Under the pieces are notes generated by a model. The model was not told the origin of the DNA. It worked only from the letters and a program-made list of their open reading frames with translations, and made no database searches. A stretch of DNA of 63,494 nt, filler included, from Octopus bimaculoides (Eukaryota): the NCBI RefSeq assembly GCF_001194135.2. It is 7 parts of 6 records of this genome, joined end to end, with 100 filler letters (N's around TTAATTAATTAA, not from the genome) between each part and the next. Parts side by side here need not be neighbours in the genome. Positions count along the whole stretch, not along the records: positions 45,718 to 51,098 come from NC_068982.1; positions 51,199 to 54,921 come from NC_069004.1; positions 55,022 to 58,289 come from NW_026366927.1; positions 58,390 to 63,494 come from NC_068986.1; 3 more parts are not named here. The stretch is one strand, 5' to 3'. Made by a program: the position numbers and the translations under genes. Below, piece after piece: positions 51,051 through 63,494 of the stretch; within the stretch, counting starts at the first letter, position 1; each line of letters starts with the position of its first letter.

Positions 51051-52118
51051 ATGTCTATATATATATATATATATTTATATATGTATGTGCGTGTGTATNN
51101 NNNNNNNNNNNNNNNNNNNNNNNNNNNNNNNNNNNNNNNNNNTTAATTAATTAANNNNNNNNNNNNNNNNNNNNNNNNNNNNNNNNNNNNNNNNNNNNAT
51201 ATCATCATCATCATCGTTTAACGTCCGCTTTCCATGCTAGCATGGGTTGGACGATTTGACTGGGGTCTGTGTAGTGTTCTTGAGCAAGACACTTTATTTC
51301 ACATTACTCCAGTTCACTCAGCTGTAGAAATGAGTTTGCAGCATCACTGGTGCCAAGCTGTATTGGCCCCTTTACCTTTCTCTTGGACAACATTGGTGGC
51401 ATGGAGAAGTGAGGCTGGTATGCATGGGTGACTGCTTGTCTTCCATGAACTACCTTGCTTGGACTTGTGCCTTGGAGGGTAACTTTCTAGGTGCAATCTC
51501 CTGGTCATACCCTGTATACATGTATATATGTATACATACATGTACACACTCTCAATGGGCTTCTTTCAGTTTCTGACTACCAAATCCAATGTGCCATGCA
51601 GTGAGACTGAACCCAGAACCATGTGGTTGAGATGTAAACTTCTTACCATTCAGATCATTAAATTCTATCTGGGTCATGCAAGCGTGGGAAAGTGGATGTT
51701 AAATGTTGATATATACCATCGAGATTACCACCCAGATTTTATTTATTTATTTTATCGAGAACTTAAATTTCAATATTTTCTTTCATCAAAATTTTCTTCT
51801 CATAATACCTTGTTGACTACAAAAGTTTATTTCAATGAGATACGCGTAGTGACACCTAGTAGTCTTATTGCTATTTGTCATCATTTCCATTTTTACTGAG
51901 CGTTAAACTAATGCACCTGCTTGTTCCCCCCCACACACATATATATATATATATATACATACACATATATACACACACAGACACACACGCATACAAAGTT
52001 AGTACAAATCCAATAAAGATTCTACAAGTTGTTTCCAAGCCTAATTAATTCCAAAATGTATACAAAAACAAGGTTGGAAAAAAATGAACAATGTTACACA
52101 AATACAGTAGGAATAATA

Positions 52119-52163
<45 letters not shown>

Positions 52164-52199
52164 CTTTGTCCAGCATGTTAACTCTTCCATCTTACTGCC

Positions 52200-52235
<36 letters not shown>

Positions 52236-52250
52236 TAATAATAATAATAA

Positions 52251-52470
52251 TATTCCTTGCTACTAAAGGCACAAGGCCTGAAATTTTGGGGGAAGAGGTT
52301 AGTCGATTGCATCAATACCCAGTGCTTAACTGGTATTTATTTTACTGACCCCGAAAGGATGGAAGGCAAAGTTAACCATGGCGGAATTTGAACTCAGAAC
52401 ATAAGGACGGACAAAATCCCTTGCGGCATTTTTACCCAGCATGCTAACAATTCTTCCAGCTTGTTGCCTT
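52251..52470 (-). mobile_element. SINE A, beta tail, flanked by TAA repeats on both sides
   Basis: Reverse complement of the family; (TAA)n at 52201-52250 and from 52470. Confidence 0.8.
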
Positions 52471-54189
52471 AATAATAATAATAAGAAGAAGAAGAAGAAG
52501 AAGAATAGATATCTTGATACAACCATTTCCATAGAATGGTTATTTATTTATTCAATAATGTATCATGTGATCTGATTACATAACCAGTCCATTTCATCAG
52601 ATTTCTAGGTGTGATTGACAGATGTATTGATCTGTGAGAAATCACACACCATGTTCCAGGATGGATGATTAGGAAAAAAAAAAGAATTATTCCTCAACAT
52701 GCTAATTGAGGGAAGGGGTTAATTTAATTTAAATCCAGCCAATCACCTCTTGTTATCAGCTGAGTTCAAGGGCAACTTTACAAATAGGGAAAGGTTAGTT
52801 TAAGTCAAATAATTGCTGTATCAATGCTTTTTCTGGACAAGAATTCTATTGATGACACATCTTGCAATAAATTGTTCTTGCAATAAATTAAATTAATGGT
52901 TAAATGGAAATGCAGATTGCTAGATGCACCAAATGGTGCTGTCAATTCTAAGAATGGTTCAATGAAAATAGTAATATCATACTGGAGTGCTGCTGAGTTA
53001 ATTACCTGGGTTGCATAGATCCTCATAACTCGACACACATACACACACACACACACACGCACACACACACAAACACACATACATACACATATGTATATAC
53101 ATACATACACATATGTATATACATACATACACATACATTTATATACATACACACACATGTGCATACACACACATGTGCATACACACACATACGGTAAGGC
53201 TTCAGCAAGTAAAGCACTCAATCAGCATAAATATATAAACGTGTAATTGCGCACGTGTGTGTATGTATGTGTATATATATATATATATATATAATACAAA
53301 TAATATGTGAGTATATGCATATATACGTACATGTATGTACATACCTACATCTACATGTATATATAGATGCATATCTGGGTACAGGACGTCACAAAAAAAC
53401 GTGGACAAAATGAAAAACAGAGCACAGAAAACAAACAGGCCACATAGAGAATATTTCCTTCATCAGCTGCCCCTATTCTAAACTAAGCGTTTCAAAGAAT
53501 TAGGGCAGGATGCATGGTTAGAATAGTTCTTCCCACAGAAAAAAATNNNNNNNNNNNNNNNNNNNNNNNNNNNNNNNNNNNNNNNNNNNNNNNNNNNNNN
53601 NNNNNNNNNNNNNNNNNNNNNNNNNNNNNNNNNNNNNNNNNNNNNNNNNNNNNNNNNNNNNNNNNNNNNNNNNNNNTGTAATTGCGCACGTGTGTGTATG
53701 TATGTGTATATATATATATATATATATAATACAAATAATATGTGAGTATATGCATATATACGTACATGTATGTACATACCTACATCTACATGTATATATA
53801 GATGCATATCTGGGTACAGGACGTCACAAAAAAACGTGGACAAAATGAAAAACAGAGCACAGAAAACAAACAGGCCACATAGAGAATATTTCCTTCATCA
53901 GCTGCCCCTATTCTAAACTAAGCGTTTCGAAGAATTAGGGCAGGATGCATGGTTAGAATAGTTCTTCCCACAGAAAAAAATTAAATTAAATTAAGTTAAA
54001 TTTGTAATGCGGAGGAATTAAGTGGCAAACAGAAAACACGGCGAGAAGACGAAACAGTGAAAATAAACAAGAAGGGCTGTAAGCTAGACGTGAAAAAATA
54101 TCTGTATATATATAAATGTGTGTGTTTACATATACACCCACATACATATTAATATGTTTCTTTTTCTTTCTTTTTTCCACAATTTCATA

Positions 54190-54750
54190 GAAAGTACCCC
54201 TGTCATCAAAAATGGTGTCCAAATTCCCAAAATACAATTTGTATGTCTATGGAGAAGGGTAGGTTCTTTCAGTCTTATTTCTGCCTTTTCAGTTTGTGAC
54301 ATGCTGTTTGGTGTAAAAATATTGTCTTATTTCTTTTTAATATTTTAAAATGGTGTGTGTGTGTGTGTGTGCATGCGTGTATATATCTTCACATTCACCC
54401 TTGATAAGTTTATCTCACCTGTAAGTTTAGCTTCCTTACCTGGAATTTCCTGTTTTAATTTCGTCATAAATTTACCTGTGAGAACTAGGTCTTCAACATA
54501 TAAGAGTTCCCACAGATAGCCAGTCTTAAACTAGTTTGTGATGGCCTATAGGACTATGATGAATAGGAGAGGACAGAGGACAAGGACTGAACCTTGTTGG
54601 ACTCTTATCTTCATGCTAAACTTCTCATTGAAATCATTGTTGAGTCTTACTTTATTTACTGCAGCTTTGTATATAGCTTGTACAGCCTTCACAAGCCATT
54701 TGTCTAGACATTGTTTCGTTAGTGACCACCAGATTACTGAACATGGTACC
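54190..54750 (-). pseudogene. RTE-type reverse transcriptase fragment
   Basis: KVPCSVIWW..WLVKAVQAIY..VQQGSVL..PLLFIIVL*A..WELLYVEDL, a degenerate QG and YADD region. Confidence 0.8.
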
Positions 54751-54921
54751 TTATCTACATTATTTACATTTGACGGATATTTGTCCTCATCTTGTTTGTT
54801 GTTTACACAACGTTTCGGCTGATATACCCTCCAGCCTTCATCCGGTGTCTTGGGGAAATTTCGAACCTGGGTTCTCATTCCTAAGGTATTTTTCAATGTT
54901 GTTATTACTATTATTATTATT
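54751..54921 (-). mobile_element. Hammerhead-bearing Penelope-type short repeat (ribozyme core 54805-54849)
   Basis: Minus strand GACAC-CGGATGA-A-GGCTG-gagggtatat-CAGCC-GAAA-CGTT-GTGT. Perfect 5-bp stem II, 4-bp stem I, core U4 changed to G. Its 5' end runs into (TAA)n and a gap. Confidence 0.7.
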
Positions 54922-55110
54922 NNNNNNNNNNNNNNNNNNNNNNNNNNNNNNNNNNNNNNNNNNNNTTAATTAATTAANNNNNNNNNNNNNNNNNNNNNNN
55001 NNNNNNNNNNNNNNNNNNNNNTATATATAAAAATATAAATATAAATATATATATAAAGAGAGAGAGAGACACAGACAGAGATAGAGAGAGAGAGAGAGAT
55101 AGATAGATAA

Positions 55111-55180
<70 letters not shown>

Positions 55181-55299
55181 GTATATCTATACATATATAT
55201 GCTATTATGTGTGTGTGTGTGTGTGTGTAGACCGCTACACACATACATACATGCATACTTACAAACATACAAACCTACATGCATGTATGCTAACACGTA

Positions 55300-55650
55300 T
55301 TCTACACCATCATCACCACTACTTCCGTCACAACAATAAAACCACCATTAATTCCTCCACCGCCGCTCCAAGAATAAGCATCAGGCTCGCACCATCATCA
55401 TCATCATCATCCTACTCAAATTCATCATCATCACCGTCATCATCATCTTCGTCATCCCCTTCGAGGCTGTGGTCTTCATTATCCTCCTCGCTCGTGTCGC
55501 TATCGTCGCTACAGGCGTCGTCATCGTAGTTGTCGTCATCATCATCATCATCATTGTCATCATCATCGCCATCATCAACGTCATCAGGATCGTCATCAGC
55601 GACGTCGTTGTCATCATCATGTTCACACCGTGCCGTACAAGGTTCACCGT
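55300..55650. repeat. Degenerate (TCA/TCG)n cryptic simple sequence
   Basis: Direct reading; gives poly-Asp/Ser/Ile ORFs. Confidence 0.75.
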
Positions 55651-55869
55651 TTCGCCGATTGCTGTTCGCCGTATATACACACACAAACACACTGATACCC
55701 ACATCCACATACAGTCACAGACACAATCACACAATCACGCAAACGCCCTCAGATACACACATACACACTCGCATACAAACACAATTATACACATACGCAC
55801 ATACACATACAGACTCACACAGACATACATACATATATGTATATATATATATATCTATATATCTATATA

Positions 55870-55912
<43 letters not shown>

Positions 55913-56980
55913 NNNNNNNNNNNNNNNNNNNNNNNNNNNNNNNNNNNNNNNNNNNNNNNNNNNNNNNNNNNNNNNNNNNNNNNNNNNNNNNNNNNNNNNN
56001 NNNNNNNNNNNNNNNNNNNNNNNNNNNNNNNNNNNNNNNNNNNNNNNNNNNNNNNNNNNNNNNNNNNNNNNNNNNNNNNNNNNNNNNNNNNNNNNNNNNN
56101 NNNNNNNNNNNNNNNNNNNNNNNNNNNNNNNNNNNNNNNNNNNNNNNNNNNNNNNNNNNNNNNNNNNNNNNNNNNNNNNNNNNNNNNNNNNNNNNNNNNN
56201 NNNNNNNNNNNNNNNNNNNNNNNNNNNNNNNNNNNNNNNNNNNNNNNNNNNNNNNNNNNNNNNNNNNNNNNNNNNNNNNNNNNNNNNNNNNNNNNNNNNN
56301 NNNNNNNNNNNNNNNNNNNNNNNNNNNNNNNNNNNNNNNNNNNNNNNNNNNNNNNNNNNNNNNNNNNNNNNNNNNNNNNNNNNNNNNNNNNNNNNNNNNN
56401 NNNNNNNNNNNNNNNNNNNNNNNNNNNNNNNNNNNNNNNNNNNNNNNNNNNNNNNNNNNNNNNNNNNNNNNNNNNNNNNNNNNNNNNNNNNNNNNNNNNN
56501 NNNNNNNNNNNNNNNNNNNNNNNNNNNNNNNNNNNNNNNNNNNNNNNNNNNNNNNNNNNNNNNNNNNNNNNNNNNNNNNNNNNNNNNNNNNNNNNNNNNN
56601 NNNNNNNNNNNNNNNNNNNNNNNNNNNNNNNNNNNNNNNNNNNNNNNNNNNNNNNNNNNNNNNNNNNNNNNNNNNNNNNNNNNNNNNNNNNNNNNNNNNN
56701 NNNNNNNNNNNNNNNNNNNNNNNNNNNNNNNNNNNNNNNNNNNNNNNNNNNNNNNNNNNNNNNNNNNNNNNNNNNNNNNNNNNNNNNNNNNNNNNNNNNN
56801 NNNNNNNNNNNNNNNNNNNNNNNNNNNNNNNNNNNNNNNNNNNNNNNNNNNNNNNTATATATATATATATATACAAATATATATATATTTATGCATTATA
56901 AAATATATATATGTATAAGGATGTGACATACGTACATACATACATATAGACTTATACATATTATAAACATATATATACAT

Positions 56981-57011
<31 letters not shown>

Positions 57012-57084
57012 CACACACACACGCACGCACACATACATGCCTACGTATATACTTATATACATGCCTATGTAACTGTGTGCGTTT

Positions 57085-57250
57085 GGAAGAAGAAGAAGAA
57101 GAAGAAGAAGAAGAAGAAGAAGAAGAAGAAGAAGAAGAAGAAGAAGAAGAAGAAGAAGAAGAAGAAGAAGAAGAAGAAGAAGAAGAAGAGGAAGGCGACG
57201 ACGACGATGATAATGATGATGATGATGACGACGATGACGATGATGATAAT
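57085..57250. repeat. (GAA)n plus (GAC/GAT)n microsatellite
   Basis: Direct reading. Confidence 0.95.
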
Positions 57251-57256
57251 GATGCT

Positions 57257-57861
<605 letters not shown>

Positions 57862-58015
57862 GCTGCTACCACTAGCAGATAAGAAGAGAGGAAGAGGAAC
57901 CGGGTGGAAAAGTAATATTCCGCCAACAAGATATTGCATCTCATCGCTCGGTAGCTCCGGGTGTTTTTGATACGAGTAGTAATTTTTTCTAAATATGATG
58001 ATGACGATGACGATC

Positions 58016-58074
<59 letters not shown>

Positions 58075-58389
58075 CATGGTGTTGACTGTAATCATGTTAG
58101 TAACGATGATGATGGTGATGTTCATGATAATGATGATGACAAAAATGGTTTCCAATAAGAATAAAAACATAAGTGGTAAAATAGTTATTAAATTATGATT
58201 TATTAAATTTTTTTTCTTCTCTTAATACGCAGGAATCACGGATAAGTTTAGTGATCGAATATATATATATATATATATATATATATTCTNNNNNNNNNNN
58301 NNNNNNNNNNNNNNNNNNNNNNNNNNNNNNNNNTTAATTAATTAANNNNNNNNNNNNNNNNNNNNNNNNNNNNNNNNNNNNNNNNNNNN

Positions 58390-58453
<64 letters not shown>

Positions 58454-58782
58454 TGTATATATACATATACAATGGTTTCTTTCAGTTTCTGTCTACAAAA
58501 TATATATAATTTACTTTTCCGTTCAGGTAAGATCAACAAAAAAGTACCTCATGTGGTATGAGAAAAAGATATTATTTAATTAACATACAATAGTAGAAAG
58601 TTATGAGCTCCTAATAGATTCATACATTGAAGATTTTATGTAACACGACTAGAGTCTCTAAGCAATGTTCAGTTTCTGGGCATAAGCTCTGATTCGTAAC
58701 TTATATAGGCTATGTGCCCAAAGCTCGAGGATTGCTTCAAGACACTAGACGTATTTTAAAACCTGCCTATATGAGATCTTCA

Positions 58783-59171
58783 GTGGAGGCGCAATGGCCT
58801 AGTGGTTACGGCAGCGGACTCGCGGTCATAGGATCGCGGTTTCGATTCCTAGACCGGGTGTTGTGAGTGTTTATTGAGCGAAAACACCTACAAGCTCCAC
58901 GAGGCTCCAGCAGGGGATGGTGGCGAACCCTGCTGTACTCTTTCACCACAACTTTCTCTCACTTTTACTTCCTGTTTCTGTTGTGCCAGTAATTCAAAGG
59001 GTCAGCCTTGTCACACTGTGTCACGCTGAATATCCCCGAGAACTACGTTAAGGGTACACGTGTCTGTGGAGTGCTCAGCCACTTGCACGTTAATTTCACG
59101 AGCAGGCTGTTCCGTTGATCGGATCAGCTGGAACCCTCGACGTCGTAAGCGACGGAGTGCCAACAACAACA
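58783..59171 (+). mobile_element. Full-length tRNA-derived SINE family C with (CAA)n tail and 14-bp TSD
   Basis: A-box TGGCCTAGTGG, B-box GGTTTCGATTCC. TSD ATATGAGATCTTCA at 58769-58782 and 59172-59185. Confidence 0.92.
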
Positions 59172-59409
59172 ATATGAGATCTTCAATGTATGAAACGATT
59201 AGTAGCTCATAACTATTTTCTGCGTTAAACAACACACACATACACACACACATACACACACACACGCACACACACATGCACCATGTTTTTGAATTGATAA
59301 ATCACATTAATAACGAAATATCAGTGATTCTGAGGCGATCTGTCACGACTGGTCAGTGACATTCAGGTGTTCTTTAAAACTCAGCGTTGTGTAGGGGAGT
59401 TTTCGCCAG

Positions 59410-60025
59410 TCATAAAGATGGACGGAATACCGCTAAGCGTTTTTACCCCACGTGCTAACGATTCTGCTCGTATCGCTGACTTATATTTTTCTGCTCTAAG
59501 CACAAAACTTGATTTTTTTTTTTTTTTTTTTTGTGGTGGGTGAAGAGGTGCAAGTCGACTACAACAACCCCAGTGCTTAACTGGTGTACTAATTTCATCG
59601 ATCCGGAAAGAATGAATGGCGAAGTCAACCTCGGCGGAATTTAAGCTTAGAACGCAAAGGTAGTCGAAATGCCGCTAAGCATTTTGTCCATTATGTTTAC
59701 CATCCTACCAGATCGCTGCCGTAATATGATATAATAATAATAATAATAATCCTTCCTACTATGGAATGTAAGTGTCTGGAATTACATTATTCTCTCTGAA
59801 CGGGCCTGCGATCTGTTTTAGACTTCAAGGCTAACAAGTTTCAGGGGAAAGAGACAAATCGATCAATATCAACCCTAGTACATAACTGGTAGATTATTTT
59901 ATTGTCATGTGGGATGAAGGGCAAAGTTGATTTCGGTAGGATTTGAAACCAGAACGTAAGGAGCTGGGAGAAATGCCGCTACGCAATTTGTCCCAAGTGC
60001 TAACGATTCCGTTCGCTCGCCTTTC
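59410..60025 (-). mobile_element. Cluster of old, diverged SINE A copies
   Basis: Degenerate reverse-complement cores (ggcaaagttgatttcgg, gaagtcaacctcggcggaattt). Confidence 0.7.
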
Positions 60026-60031
60026 ACATTT

Positions 60032-60094
<63 letters not shown>

Positions 60095-60100
60095 CTCTGT

Positions 60101-60162
<62 letters not shown>

Positions 60163-60462
60163 TTCTCTCTCTCTTTGAGTGCTTAATTGAAGATATTCGA
60201 CAGGTACACATCTATAAACATATACATAAGTCTGACGCTTTAACTTGCTTCAGCTTTAAAGCTACGGTCATCCTGGGGCACACAGTTGGCGCGTATACAT
60301 ACACACATACACACACACACACACACAATTATATATACATATATACATACACACACTCCCTCCCTCTCTCTCACTCTCTATCTCATTTAACCGTACACAT
60401 ATGTTCGTGTGACCGCGTGCACGTATATATAAAAGTGTATATTGATATATATATATATACAT

Positions 60463-60506
<44 letters not shown>

Positions 60507-60837
60507 GCACACACATATATACTTGCATGTTTTCAGTGGTCCTATTTATCTTGTAAACCTTGCTACTCGTTGCCAATATCTGCAGGCTGATCACGTCCAA
60601 AACTTCGTTCAGGTTTCTGTTTCTTACCACCGGTTGCCCGCTGATAGCCAGCGCACCTGTTCATTCTGATCTGGACATCTATAGAAATAGATGTTCACCT
60701 AACAACGGAAATGTAGCCTCTAACAACGGCATGATGGCTGTCAAACTACTGCACAAAATACATAGCGTTTTAACTTTCTTGCCATCATATCTGTCTATAT
60801 ATATATATATCTCTTACATCTGTCTGTCTATCAATCA

Positions 60838-60905
<68 letters not shown>

Positions 60906-61612
60906 GTCTATTTATTTATCTAACTACATCATTCTCCTCGAATATCATTCTTCCTCTCACATCACATATTCTGTTCTTTTTACAGTACACTTTCCAGAAC
61001 AATTTTCTTGTCGTCTTGTGTGTTGCAATTCATGATATTAGACAATCATATAATGGGACTCTTTCATGGTCTTTTTCTCACATGCTTTCTCTCCTCCTTC
61101 TTCCCTTCCTCCACCTCTTCCATATATTTTTGTCTTTCACTGACACTTTAACGTTAGAATTTCTCACTTTAGGTGCTTTTTCTCAATAGATGTTTTGTAT
61201 ATATGTATACATGTATATATACTGTGTGTACACACACACACACATATATATATATAATTATATATACATATATTCATATACGTAAGTGTGTGCATATAAA
61301 GATATATATAGAGAGATAAATATGCACATAGATTTATGTATACGTATACTAATACATGTAAACACGCAAATGGAATTTCAAAATACACACCAGTGAGATA
61401 TATTACATTCACATGGATTTGCATCATGCGAGAAATATACTCCTCACAATGGGACTCCGTGTGACATGAACTGATACTTACAGTAAAGACATTCGTGAAT
61501 ATCAAATTTATGAAGCCTATGAAAATATCAACAACACTAAACATACAATAAATACAAATTGCAAACACACGCACGCGCTTGCACACATGTATATATGTAT
61601 ATATATGATATG

Positions 61613-61649
<37 letters not shown>

Positions 61650-61974
61650 NNNNNNNNNNNNNNNNNNNNNNNNNNNNNNNNNNNNNNNNNNNNNNNNNNN
61701 NNNNNNNNNNNNNNNNNNNNNNNNNNNNNNNNNNNNNNNNNNNNNNNNNNNNNNNNNNNNNNNNNNNNNNNNNNNNNNNNNNNNNNNNNNNNNNNNNNNN
61801 NNNNNNNNNNNNNNNNNNNNNNNNNNNNNNNNNNNNNNNNNNNNNNNNNNNNNNNNNNNNNNNNNNNNNNNNNNNNNNNNNNNNNNNNNNNNNNNNNNNN
61901 NNNNNNNNNNNNNNNNNNNNNNNNNNNNNNNNNNNNNNNNNNNATATATATATATATATATATACATATATGTA

Positions 61975-63494
61975 CTAGCATATATATACCCGGCGTTGCC
62001 CGGGTTAAAGAGAATAATGAAATTTATAAATGCCGCGTAGATTACGCAGGTCTCAAATACTAGTAGCTGAGATCCCAACTTTCTACATTAATAACTCTCC
62101 AACCCATGCCAGCATGGAACATAGACGTTAAGTGAAATGTTAAAAGGAAGTTTTCGACTCATATATGTATATAAAATAAGTACAGGTAATTCAAAAATAC
62201 ATTTTGTGTAGCTTATTTCGTAACAACAAAAAAAAACAGGTACAGATTATAAACAGAGAAAGGCAAATTTGGTGATCCATTTGACAGAAGTAGTAGAAAG
62301 CCAATCCGATGATAAATCTGACCTTGGATCTTGAAAGTTTGCATGAATCCTAGCTCAGCTAAATCTCATGTGGATCCAAATGATGTCATCTGTAGTGCAG
62401 CGTTGTCTTGCCTAATTTTGCTTTGGGTATGCTTGGAATTTTGGTCAGTTGATGACAACAGTTTCTTCAATGGCTCTGGAGGTTGCAGGGATTGCAGGAA
62501 GTTTAACATTTCCAGCACTGCAACACAGTGCAGGTATCTCTCCAGGCCATTTCCTTGCTTTATAATGTATGCACTCAGTTGTCATTGCACCAATGGAAAC
62601 TCTAGTGTCATTTGCATCATGAACTGCTGGATCATAATTGAAAACTCCTTCATAGAAGTTGCTTCTCTGAGCTGTTGCAACTGCTCTTCGTTCTGCAGTG
62701 GAGATCCTATTCCATGTCAGCCTTTGTTCATCACTTTTAGACGCTCTGGTTTTTGTAGTGGACAGTCTGTTCGTTTCTTGGTATGCTTCCCTTTCTGCAG
62801 CTGTCTCTCTTTCCCTGGACGGAGACATACTTTTGGCTAAACTTGACATCGTAGACAAATTTGACACTTTCTTTCTAGGCATGGTTATATACGCATACAG
62901 AAATAGACGTGTGCAGAAGATAGTAAACGATGAAAATAACTGGGTAACGGAAATTATATTTCTTAATACGACGAGTCTGGAACTCAAAATAAGAGCAATT
63001 TTCCTAGACCTGGAGAGTAGGCTGGTCGACTTGGATGTCGATGGCAGTAATGGGTGTGCTTTTCGACTGAGAACAGTGTGTATATGTTTGTGTGTCTGTA
63101 TTTGTCCCCCCAGCATCGCTTGACAACCGATACCGGTGTGTTTACGTCCCCGTAACTTAGCAGACCGGCAAAAGAGAATAAGTACTAGGCTTACAAAGAA
63201 TAAGTCCTGGGGTTTATTTTCTCGACTAAAGGCGGTGCTCCAGCATGGCCGCAGTCAAATGACTGAAACACGTAAAAGAGTAAAAGAGTAAAAGTCTATC
63301 TATCTATCTGCCAGTGTTTCTTTCTCTCTCTCTTTCTTTCTCTCTCTCTCTTTCTCTCTCTCTCTATCTTTCTCTCTATCTAAGAGTTTGGACCTCAAAG
63401 TAAAAGCAATTTTCCTAGACCCGGAGGGTAGGCTGGTCGTCTTGGATGTTGACGGCAGCAATGGGTGTACTTTTCGACTGATAGCAGTCTTTAA
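61975..63494 (-). mobile_element. Internally deleted Helitron with Rep N-terminal fragment (about 62250-62885) and 3' CTAG end; interrupted by a SINE B tail (63080-63290)
   Basis: MPRKKVSNLS..FNYDPAV..IGAMTTECIHYKARKWPGE..LCCSAGNVKLP/PPEPLKKLL..KIRQDNAALQMTSFG..FMQTFKIQGQIYHRIG (Helitron zinc finger and Rep region). 3' hairpin plus CTAG|T at 61975. 5' end not seen. Confidence 0.85.

Noticed and set aside
53236-53981. ~310-bp near-identical tandem duplication; similar cases at 2053-2239, 2981-3091 and 42715-42850
   Set aside because: Copies directly flank N gaps, typical of unmerged contig or haplotype overlaps.
55412-55708. Asp-rich ORF resembling acidic biomineralisation proteins
   Set aside because: Degenerate GAT/GAC microsatellite without convincing splice signals; similar tracts at 5.9, 57.2 and 58.0 kb.
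58783-58860. tRNA-like heads as functional tRNA genes
   Set aside because: They continue directly into SINE bodies with tails and TSDs, and there is no complete cloverleaf or terminator.
60536-60669. C-X11-C spacing reminiscent of an insulin B chain in the hypothetical spliced peptide
   Set aside because: The first Cys depends on an unproven splice join and there is no A-chain CC-X3-C-X8-C motif.

Overview
Eukaryotic, AT-rich draft scaffold dominated by microsatellites and transposons, with many N gaps. It is most likely octopus/cephalopod, inferred from my recognition of the tRNA-derived SINE families and the extreme (AT/GT/AG/TAA)n load, not from a database search. No long intact gene is present, and almost all ORF-track entries are microsatellite or gap artefacts. 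Recognisable content: (1) several tRNA-headed SINE families, some with perfect TSDs. (2) Decayed autonomous elements: an R4/Dong-type REL LINE end, RTE-type LINE pieces, a Penelope-like GIY-YIG fragment, a rosa/maT-like Tc1/mariner with both TIRs, three mariner fragments and a Helitron Rep fragment. (3) Non-autonomous elements: a 91-bp mini-Helitron, a Helentron-type HINE, a hAT MITE and a long foldback MITE. (4) Several hammerhead-ribozyme motifs associated with Penelope-like sequence. Scattered short segments with splice signals suggest host exons; the best is a TATA-preceded signal-peptide first exon at about 41.7 kb. N44-TTAATTAATTAA-N44 blocks are artificial scaffolding linkers. All alignments, translations and folds were done by eye.
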